Source: Eledone cirrhosa
Lineage: Eukaryota
Reading direction: 5' to 3'
Length of the DNA: 64,000 nt
Assembly: GCA_964016885.1 (NCBI GenBank)
Contig: OZ024741.1
Location: forward strand, 400,644,001 to 400,708,000
Under the pieces are notes generated by a model, which saw only the letters and a program-made list of their open reading frames with translations, was not told where the DNA came from and searched no databases. The number at the start of each line of letters is the position of its first letter. Position 1 is the stretch's first letter. Position numbers and translations under genes: made by a program. Shown in pieces: positions 53,601 to 64,000 of the stretch.

Positions 53601-56600
53601 GGATATGACCAGCTATTGAAGTTCACAGTTTTAGAATAAAGGATATGACCAGCTATTGAAGTTGACAAATTTAGGGTGCAAGATATAACCAGCTATTGAA
53701 GTTGACAGTTTCAGGGTGCAAGATATGACTAGCTATTGAAGTTGACAGTTTTAGGGTGCAAGATATGACCAGCTATTGAAGTTGACAGTTTTAGTGTGAA
53801 AGATATGACCAGCTATTGAAGTGGACAGTTTTAGGGTGCAAGATATGACGAGCTATTGAAGTTGACAGTTTTAGGGTGCAAGATATGACAATCTATTGAA
53901 GTTGACAGTTTTAGCGGGCAAGATATGACCAGCTATTGAATTTGACAGTTTCAGGCTTCAAGATATGACCATCTATTGAAGTTGACAGTTTTAGTGTAAA
54001 GGATATGACCAGCTATTGAAGTTGACAGTTTTAGTGGGAAAGATATGACGAGCTATTGAAGTTGACAGTTTTAGGGTGCAAGATATGAACAGCTATTGAA
54101 GTGGACAGTTTTAGGGTGCAAGATATGACGAGGTATTGAAGTTAACAGTTTTAGGGTGAATGATATGACCAGCTATTGAAGTTGTCAGTTTTAGGGTGCA
54201 AGATATGAGCAACTATTGGAGTGGACAGTTTTAGGGTGCAAGATATGACCAGTTATTGAAGTTTACAGTTTTAGCGTGCAAGATATGACAGCTATTGAAG
54301 TTGACAGTTTTAGGGTGCAAGATAACCAGCTATTGAAGTTGACCGTTTTAGTGTGCAAGATATGACCAGCTATTGAAGTTGACAGTTTCAGGCTGCAAGA
54401 TATGACCAGCTATTGAAGTTGACAGTTTTGGGGTGAAAGATATGACCAGCTATTGAAGTTGACAGTTTTAGAGTAAAGGATATGACCAGCTATTGAAGTT
54501 CACAGTTTTAGAATAAAGGATATGACCAGCTATTGAAGTTGACAGTTTTAGGGTGCAAGATATGACTAGCTATTGAAGTTGACAGTTTCAGGGTGCAAGA
54601 TATGACCAGCTATTGAAGTTGACAGTTTTAGAGTAAAGGATATGACCAGCTATTGAAGTTCACAGTTTTAGAATAAAGGATATGACCAGCTATTGAAGTT
54701 GACAAATTTAGTGTGCAAGATATAACCAGCTATTGAAGTTGACAGTTTCAGGGTGCAAGATATGACTAGCTATTGAAGTTGACAGTTTTAGGGTGAAAGA
54801 TATGACCATCTATTGAAGTTGACAGTTTTAGAGTAAGGGATATAACCAGCTATTGAAGTTGACAGGTTTAGGGTGCAAGATATGACCAGCTATTGAAGTT
54901 GACAGTTTTAGTGTGAAAGATATGTCGAGCTATTGAAGTTGGCAGTTTTAGGGTACAAGATATGACCAGCTATTGAAGTTGACAGTTTTAGTGTGAAAGA
55001 TATGACCAGCTATTGAAGTGGACAGTTTTAGGGTGCAACATATGACGAGCTATTGAAGTTGACAGATTTAGGGTGCAAGATATGACCTGCTATTGAAGTT
55101 GACAGTTTTAGGGTGCAAGATAACCAGCTATTGAAGTTGACAGTTTTAGCGGGCAAGATATGACCAGCTATTGAATTTGACAGTTTCAGGCTTCAAGATA
55201 TGACCAACTATTGAAGTTGACAGTTTTAGAGTAAAGGATATGACCAGCTATTGAAGTTCACAGTTTTAGAATAAAGGATATGACCAGCTATTGAAGTTGA
55301 CAATTTTAGGGTGCAAGATATAACCAGCTATTGAAGTTGACAGTTTCAGGGTGCAGGATATGACTAGCTATTGAAGTTGACAGTTTTAGGGTGAAAGATA
55401 TGACCATCTATTGAAGTTGATAGTTTTAGTGTAAAGGATATGACCAGCTATTGAAGTTGACAGTTTTAGTGGGAAAGATATGACGAGCTATTGAAGTTGA
55501 CAGTTTTAGGGTGCAAGATATGAACAGCTATTGAAGTGGACAGTTTTAGGGTGCAAGATATGACGAGCTATTGAAGTTAACAGTTTTAGGGTGAAAGATA
55601 TGAACAGCTATTGAAGTTGACAGTTTTAGGGTGCAAGATATGACCCGCTATTGAAGTTGACAGTTTCAGTGTGAAAGATATGTCGAGCTATTGAAGTTGA
55701 CAGTTTTAGGGTGCAAGATATGAACAGCTATTGAGGTTGACAGGTTTAGGGTGCAAGATATGGCCAGCTATTGAAGTTGACAGTTTTAGGGTGCAAGATA
55801 TGACCAGCTATTGAAGTTGACAGTTTCAGGGTGCAAGATATGACCAGCTATTGAAGTTGACAGATTTAGTGTGAAATATATGACCAGCTATTGAAGTTGA
55901 CAGTTTTGGCGTGCAAGATATGACCAGCTATTGAAGTTGACAGTTTTAGTGTGAAGGATATGACCAGCTATTGAAGTTGACAGTTTTAGGGTGGAAGATA
56001 TGACCAGCTATTGAAATTGACAGTTTTAGTGTGAAAGATATGACCAGCTATTGAAATTGACAGTTTTAGCCTGCAAGATATGACCAGCTATTGAAGTTGA
56101 CAGTTTTAGGCTGCAAGATATGACCAGCTAATGAAGTTGACAGTTTTAGAGTAAAGGATATGACCAGCTATTGAAGTTGACAGTTTTAGAATAAAGGATA
56201 TGACCAGCTATTGAAGTTGACAGTTTTAGGGTGCAAGATATGACTAGCTATTGAAATTGACACTTTTAGGTGCAAGATATGACCATCTATTGAAGTTGAC
56301 AGTTTTAGAGTAAAGGATATGACCAGCTATTGATGTTGACAGTTTTAGGGTGCAAGGTATGACCAGCTATTGAAGTTGAAAGTATTAGGGTGGAAGATAT
56401 AACCAGCTATTGAAGTTGACAGGTTTAGTGTGCAAGATATGACCAGCTATTGAAGTTGACAGTTTTAGTGTGAAAGATATGACCAACTATTGAAGTTGAC
56501 AGTTTTAGGGTGGAAGATATGACCAGCTATTGAAGTTGACAGATTTAGTGTGAAAGATATGACCACCTATTGAAGTTGACAGTTTTAGGGTGCAAGATAT

Positions 56601-58239
56601 GACGAGCTATTGATGTTGTCAGTTTTAGGGTGCAAGATATGACCAGCTATTGAAGTTGACAGTTTTAGAGTAAAGGATATGACCAGCTATTGAAGTTCAC
56701 AGTTTTAGAATAAAGGATATGACCAGCTATTGAACTTGACAGTTTTAGGGTGCAAGATATGACTAGCTATTGAAGTTGACAGTTTTAGGGTGAAAGATAT
56801 GACCAGCTATTGAAGTTGACAGTATTAGGGTGCAAGATATAACCAGCTATTGGAGTTGACAGTTTCAGGGTGCAAGATATGACTAGCTATTGAAGTTGAG
56901 AGTTTTAGGGTGCAAGATATGACGAGCTATTGAAGTTAACAGTTTTAGGGTGAAAGATATGACCAGCTATTGAAGTTGACAGTTTTAGGGTGCAAGATAT
57001 GACCAGCTATTGAAGTTGACAGTTTTAGTGTGAAAGATATGTCGAGCTATTGAAGTTGACAGTTTTAGGTTGCAAGATATGACCAGCTATTGAAGTTGAC
57101 AGTTTTAGTGTGAAAGATATGACCAGCTATTGAAGTGGACAGTTTTAGGGTGCAAGATATGACGAGCTATTGAAGTTGACAGATTTAGGGTGCAATATAT
57201 GACCAGCTATTGAAGTTAACAGTTTTTGGGTGCAAGATAACCAGCTATTGAAGTTGACAGTTTTAGTGTGAAATATATGATCAGCTATTGAAGTTGACAG
57301 TTTTAGGGTGCAAGATATGACGAGCTATTGAAGTTGACAGTTTTAGGGTGCAAGATATGACAATCTATTGAGGTTGACAGTTTTAGGGTGCAAGATATGA
57401 CCAGCTATTGAATTTGACAGTTTCAGGCTTCAAGATATGACCAGCTATTGAAGTTGACAGTTTTAGGGTGCAAGATATGACCAGCTATTGATGTTGACAG
57501 GTTTAGGGTGCAAGATATGACCAGCTATTGAAGTTGACAGTTTTAGGGTGCAAGATATGACCAGCTATTGAAGTTGACAGTTTTAGCGTGCAAGATATGA
57601 CCAGCTATTGAAGTTGACAGTTTCAGGGTGCAAGATATGACCAGCTATTGAAGTTGTCAATTTTAGTGTGAAATATATGACCAGCTATTGAAGTTGACAG
57701 TTTTAGCGTGCAAGATATGACCAGCTATTGAAGTTGACAGTTTCAGGGTGCAAGATATGACCAGGTATTGAAGTTAACAGTTTAGGGTGCAAGATATAAC
57801 CAGCTATTGAAGTTGACAGGTTTAGGGTGCAAGATATGACCAGCTATTGAAGTTGACAGTTTTAGTGTGAAAGATATGACCAGCTATTGAAGTTGACAGT
57901 TTTAGGGTGGAAGATATGACCAGCTATTGAAGTTGACAGTTTTAGTGTGAAAGATATGACCAGCTATTGAAGTTGACAGTTTTAGGGTGCAAGATATGAC
58001 GAGCTATTGAAGTTGTCAGTTTTAGGGTGCAAGATATGACCAGCTATTGAAGTTGCCAGTTTTAGAGTAAAGGATATGACCAGCTATTGAAGTGGACAGT
58101 TTTAGGGTGCAAGATATGACTAGCTATTGAAGTTGACAGTTTCAGGGTGCAAGATATGACCAGCTATTGAAGTTGACTGTTTTAGGGTAAAGGATATGAC
58201 CAGCTATTGAAGTTCACAGTTTTAGAATAAAGGATATGA

Positions 58240-61200
58240 CCAGCTATTGAAGTTGACATTTTAGTGGGAAAGATATGACGAGCTATTGAAGTTGACAGTT
58301 TTAGGGTGCAAGATATGACCAGCTATTGAAGTTGACAGTTTTAGTGTGAAAGATATGACCAGCTATTGAAGTGGACAGTTTTAGGGTGCAAGATATGACG
58401 AGCTATTGAATTTGACAGTTTTAGCGGGCAAGATATGACCAGCTATTGAATTTGACAGTTTCAGGCTTCAAGATATGACCAGCTATTGAAGTTGACAGTT
58501 TAGGGTGCAAGATATAACCAGCTATTGAAGTTGACAGGTTTAGGGTGAAAGATATGAGCAGCTATTGAAGTTGACACTTTTAGTGTGAAAGATATGACCA
58601 GCTATTGAAGTTGACAGTTTTAGGGTGGAAGATATGACCAGCTATTGAAGTTGAGAGTTTTAGTGTGCAAGATATGAACAGCTATTGAAGTGGACAGTTT
58701 TAGGGTGCAAGATATGACGAGCTATTGAAGTTAACAGTTTTAGGGTGAAAGATATGACCAGCTATTGAAGTTGACAGTTTTAGGGTGCAAGGTATGACCA
58801 GCTATTGAAGTGGACAGTTTTAGGGTGCAAGATATGACGAGCTATTGAAGTTGACAGTTTTAGGGTGCAAGATATGACCAGTGATTGAAGTTTACAGTTT
58901 TAGCGTGCAAGATATGACAGCTATTGAAGTTGACAGTTTTAGGGTGCAAGATAACCAGCTATTGAAGTTGACAGTTTTAGTGTGCAAGATATGACCAGCT
59001 ATTGAAGTTGACAGTTTCAGGCTGCAAGATATGACCAGCTATTGAAGTTGACAGTTTTAGGGTGAAAGATATGACCAGCTATTGAAGTTGACAGTTTTAG
59101 AGTAAAGGATATGACCAGCTATTGATGTTGACAGATTTAGGGTGCAAGGTATGGCCAGCTATTGAAGTTGACAGTTTTAGGGTGGAAGATATAACCAGCT
59201 ATTGAAGTTGACAGGTTTAGGGTGCAAGATATGACCAGCTATTGAAGTTGACGGTTTTAGTGTGAAAGATATGACCAGCTATTGAAGTTGACAGTTTTAG
59301 GGTGGAAGATATGACCAGCTATTGAAGTTGACAGTTTTAGTGTGAAAGATATGACCAGCTATTGAAGTTGACAGTTTTAGGGTGCAAGATATGACGAGCT
59401 ATTGAAGTTGTCAGTTTTAGGGTGCAAGATATGACCAGCTATTGAAGTTGACAGTTTTAGAGTAAAGGATATGACCAGCTATTGAAGTTCACAGTTTTAG
59501 AATAAAGGATATGACCAGCTATTGAAGTTGACAGTTTTAGGGTGCAAGATATGACTAGCTATTGAAGTTGACAGTTTTAGGGTGAAAGATATGACCAGCT
59601 ATTGAAGTTGACAGTATTAGGGTGCAAGATATAACCAGCTAGTGAAGTTGACAGTTTCAGGGTGCAAGATATGACTAGCTATTGAAGTTGACAGTTTTAG
59701 GGTGAAAGATATGACCATCTATTGAAGTTGACAGTTTTAGTGTAAAGGATATGACCAGCTATTGAAGTTGACAGGTTTAGGGTGCAAGATATGACCAGCT
59801 ATTGAAGTTGACGGTTTTAGTGTGAAAGATATGACCAGCTATTGAAGTTGACAGTTTTAGGGTGGAAGATATGACCAGCTATTGAAGTTGACAGTTTTAG
59901 TGTGAAAGATATGACCAGCTATTGAAGTTGACAGTTTTAGGGTGCAAGATATGACGAGCTATTGAAGTTGTCAGTTTTAGGGTGCAAGATATGACCAGCT
60001 ATTAAAGTTGACAGTTTTAGAGTAAAGGATATGACCAGCTATTGAAGTTCACAGTTTTAGAATAAAGGATGTGACCAGCTATTGAAGTTGACAGATTTAG
60101 GGTGCAAGATATGACTAGCTATTGAAGTTTACAGTTTTAGGCTGCAAGATATGACCAGCTATTGAAGTTGACAGTATTAGGGTGCAAGATATAACCAGCT
60201 AGTGAAGTTGACAGTTTCAGGGTGCAAGATATGACTAGCTATTGAAGTTGACAGTTTTAGGGTGAAAGATATGACCATCTATTGAAGTTGACAGTTTTAG
60301 TGTAAAGGATATGACCAGCTATTGAAGTTGACAATTTTAGTTTTAAAGTTATGACGAGCTATTGAAGTTGACAGTTTTAGGGTGCAAGATATGACGAGCT
60401 ATTGAAGTTAACAGTTTTAGGGTGAAAGATATGACCAGCTATTGAAGTTGACAGTTTTAGGGTGCAAGATATGACCAGCTATTGACGTTGACAGTTTCAG
60501 TGTGAAAGATATGTCGATCTATTGAAGTTGACAGTTTTAAGGTGCAAGATATGACCAGCTATTGAAGTTGACAGTTTTAGTGTGAAAGATATGACCAGCT
60601 ATTGAAGTGTACAGTTTTAGGGTGCAACATATGACGAGCTATTGAAGTTGACAGATTTAGGGTGCAAGATATGACCAGCTATTGAAGTTGACAAATTTAG
60701 GGTGCAAGATATAACCAGCTATTGAAGTTGACAGTTTCAGGGTGCAAGATATGACTAGCTATTGAAGTTGACAGTTTTAGGGTGAAAGATATGACCATCT
60801 ATTGAAGTTGACAGTTTTAGAGTAAAGGATATGACCAGCTATTAAAGTTGACATTTTAGTGGGAAAGATATGACGAGCTATTGAAGTTGACAGTTTTAGG
60901 GTGCAAGATATGACCAGCTATTGAAGTTGACAGTTTTAGTGTGAAAGATATGACCAGCTATTGAAGTGGACAGTTTTAGGGTGCAAGATATGACGAGCTA
61001 TTGAAATTGACAGTTTTAGCGGGCAAGATATGACCAGCTATTGAATTTGACAATTTCAGGCTTCAAGATATGACCAGCTATTGAAGTTGACAGTTTAGGG
61101 TGCAAGATATAACCAGCTATTGAAGTTGACAGGTTTAGGGTGAAAGATATGAGCAGCTATTGAAGTTGACACTTTTAGTGGTGTGAAAGATATGACCAGC

Positions 61201-63230
61201 TATTGAAGTTGACAGTTTTAGGGTGGAAGATATGACCAGCTATTGAAGTTGAGAGTTTTAGTGTGCAAGATATGAACAGCTATTGAAGTGGACAGTTTTA
61301 GGGTGCAAGATATGACGAGCTATTGAAGTTAACAGTTTTAGGGTGAAAGATATGACCAGCTATTGAAGTTGACAGTTTTAGGGTGCAAGGTATGACCAGC
61401 TATTGAAGTGGACAGTTTTAGGGTGCAAGATATGACGAGCTATTGAAGTTGACAGTTTTAGGGTGCAAGATATGACCAGTGATTGAAGTTTACAGTTTTA
61501 GCGTGCAAGATCTGACAGCTATTGAAGTTGACAGTTTTAGGGTGCAAGATAACCAGCTATTGAAGTTGACAGTTTTAGTGTGCAAGATATGACCAGCTAT
61601 TGAAGTTGACAGTTTCAGGCTGCAAGATATGACCAGCTATTGAAGTTGACAGTTTTAGGGTGAAAGATATGACCATCTATTGAAGTTGACAGTTTTAGTG
61701 TAAAGGATATGACCAGCTATTGAAGTTGACAATTTTAGGGTGCAAGGTATGGCCAGCTATTGAAGTTGACAGTTTTAGGGTGGAAGATATAACCAGCTAT
61801 TGAAGTTGACAGGTTTAGGGTGCAAGATATGACCAGCTATTGAAATTGACAGTTTTAGGGTGCAAGATATGACGAGCTATTGAAGTTGTCAGTTTTAGGG
61901 TGCAAGATATGACCAGCTATTGAAGTTGACAGTTTTAGAGTAAAGGATATGACCAGCTATTGAAGTTCACAGTTTTAGAATAAAGGATATGACCAGCTAT
62001 TGAAGTTGACAGTTTTAGGGTGCAAGATATGACTAGCTATTGAAGTTGACAGTTTTAGGGTGAAAGATATGACCAGCTATTGAAGTTGACAGTATTAGGG
62101 TGCAAGATATAACCAGCTAGTGAAGTTGACAGTTTCAGGGTGCAAGATATGACTAGCTATTGAAGTTGACAGTTTTAGAGTAAAGGATATGACCAGCTAT
62201 TGAAGTTCACAGTTTTAGAATAAAGGATATGACCAGCTATTGAAGTTGACAGTTTTAGGGTGCAAGATATGACCATCTATTGAAGTTGACAGTTTTAGTG
62301 TAAAGGAGATGACCAGCTATTGAAGTTGACAGGTTTAGGGTGCAAGATATGACCAGCTATTGAAGTTGACGGTTTTAGTGTGAAAGATATGACCAGCTAT
62401 TGAAGTTGACAGTTTTAGGGTGGAAGATATGACCAGCTATTGAAGTTGACAGTTTTAGTGTGAAAGATATGACCAGCTATTGAAGTTGACAGTTTTAGGG
62501 TGCAAGATATGACGAGCTATTGAAGTTGTCAGTTTTAGGGTGCAAGATATGACCAGCTATTGAAGTTGACAGTTTTAGAGTAAAGGATATGACCAGCTAT
62601 TGAAGTTCACAGTTTTAGAATAAAGGATATGACCAGCTATTGAAGTTGACAGAGTTAGGGTGCAAGATATGACTAGCTATTGAAGTTTACAGTTTTAGGG
62701 TGAAAGATATGACCAGCTATTGAGGTTGACAGTATTAGGGTGCAAGATATAACCAGCTAGTGAAGTTGACAGTTTCAGGGTGCAAGATATGACTAGCTAT
62801 TGAAGTTGACAGTTTTAGGGTGAAAGATATGACCATCTATTGAAGTTGACAGTTTTAGTGTAAAGGATATGACCAGCTATTGAAGTTGACAATTTTAGTG
62901 GGAAAGTTATGACGAGCTATTGAAGTTGACAGTTTTAGGGTGCAAGATATGACGAGCTATTGAAGTTAACAGTTTTAGGGTGAAAGATATGACCAGCTAT
63001 TGAAGTTGACAGTTTTAGGGTGCAAGATATGACCAGCTATTGACGTTGATAGTTTCAGTGTGAAAGATATGTCGATCTATTGAAGTTGACAGTTTTAAGG
63101 TGCAAGATATGACCAGCTATTGAAGTTGACAGTTTTAGTGTGAAAGATATGACCAGCTATTGAAGTGTACAGTTTTAGGGTGCAACATATGACGAGCTAT
63201 TGAAGTTGACAGATTTAGGGTGCAAGATAT
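58240..63230 (+). repeat. More diverged higher-order duplication, period ~2.6 kb (~65 monomers)
   Basis: GATATGAGCAGCT 58551/61146; CCAGTGATTGAAGTTTAC 58878/61476; paired AGCTAGTGAAG variants near 59.6/60.2 kb and 62.1/62.8 kb. Confidence 0.78.
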
Positions 63231-64000
63231 GACCAGCTATTGAAGTTGACAGTTTTAGGGTGCAAGATAACCAGCTATTGAAGTTGACAGTTTTAGTGTG
63301 AAGATATGATCAGCTATTGAAGTTGACAGTTTTAGGGTGCAAGATATGACGAGCTATTGAATTTGACAGTTTTAGGGTGCAAGATATGACAATCTATTGA
63401 AGTTGACAGTTTTAGCGGGCAAGATATGACCAGCTATTGAATTTGACTGTTTCAGGCTTCAAGATATGACCAACTATTGAAGTTGACAGTTTTAGAGTAA
63501 AGGATATGACCAGCTATTGAAGTTCAAAGTTTTAGAATAAAGGATATGACCAGCTATTGAAGTTGACAATTTTAGGGTGCAAGATATAACCAGCTATTGA
63601 AGTTGACAGTTTCAGGGTGCAAGATATGACTAGCTATTGAAGTTGACAGTTTTAGGGTGAAAGATAGGACCATCTATTGAAGTTGACAGTTTTAGAGTAA
63701 AGGATATGACCAGCTATTGAAGTTGACAGTTTTAGTGGGAAAGATATGACGAGCTATTGAAGTTGACAGTTTTAGGGTGCAAGATATGAACAGCTATTGA
63801 AGTGGACAGTTTTAGGGTGCAAGATATGACCAGCTATTGAAGTTGACAGTTTCAGTGTGAAAGATATGTCGAGCTATTGAAGTTGACAGTTTTAGGGTGC
63901 AAGATATGACCAGCTATTGAGGTTGACAGGTTTAGAGTGCAAGATATGGCCAGCTATTGAAGTTGACAGTTTTAGGGTGCAAGATATGACCAGCTATGGA

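Larger units (their letters stand above)
10380..64000 (+). repeat. 40-bp tandem satellite array, >=53.6 kb, ~1,340 monomers, single orientation, continues past window end
   Basis: Consensus AGCTATTGAAGTTGACAGTTTTAGGGTGCAAGATATGACC (40% GC), with 37-39 bp deletion variants. No TE insertion or inversion seen; stops in all frames, so no ORF >=60 aa. Confidence 0.99.

Noticed and set aside
10380-64000. CRISPR-like array (constant block plus variable block)
   Set aside because: The variable parts are point variants of one sequence, not unique spacers; there are no cas genes and the context is eukaryotic.
10380-64000. Repetitive protein-coding exon
   Set aside because: 40 bp is not a multiple of 3, and stops occur every 1-3 monomers on both strands; the ORF track shows nothing beyond 8967.

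Overview
Eukaryotic, AT-rich, repeat-dominated genomic DNA. The SINE, RTE, Penelope and piggyBac-MITE repertoire plus long (TA)n/(CA)n tracts suggests a coleoid cephalopod such as Octopus (inference, not proven). Bases 1-10,380 are a mosaic of decayed transposons: a Penelope-like element with RT and GIY-YIG domains, two more Penelope endonuclease-end fragments, three RTE-LINE fragments, two tRNA-SINE families, an RTE-UTR-like short element family and TTAA-flanked MITEs. This part also holds one convincing host exon (9356-9436, +) encoding a 25-aa signal peptide. Bases ~10,380-64,000 are one uninterrupted head-to-tail 40-bp satellite (~1,340 monomers; consensus AGCTATTGAAGTTGACAGTTTTAGGGTGCAAGATATGACC) that runs off the right edge. 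Main observations: (1) the monomer appears to be the in-frame continuation of an RTE coding fragment at the array's left junction, so the satellite's seed may still be visible; (2) the array would lie inside an intron of the signal-peptide gene; (3) it has nested kb-scale higher-order duplications and a symmetric old-young-old layering; (4) four TE families form inverted pairs around the exon. None of the ORF-track entries is a real host gene. No prokaryotic systems, rRNA or true tRNA genes were seen.
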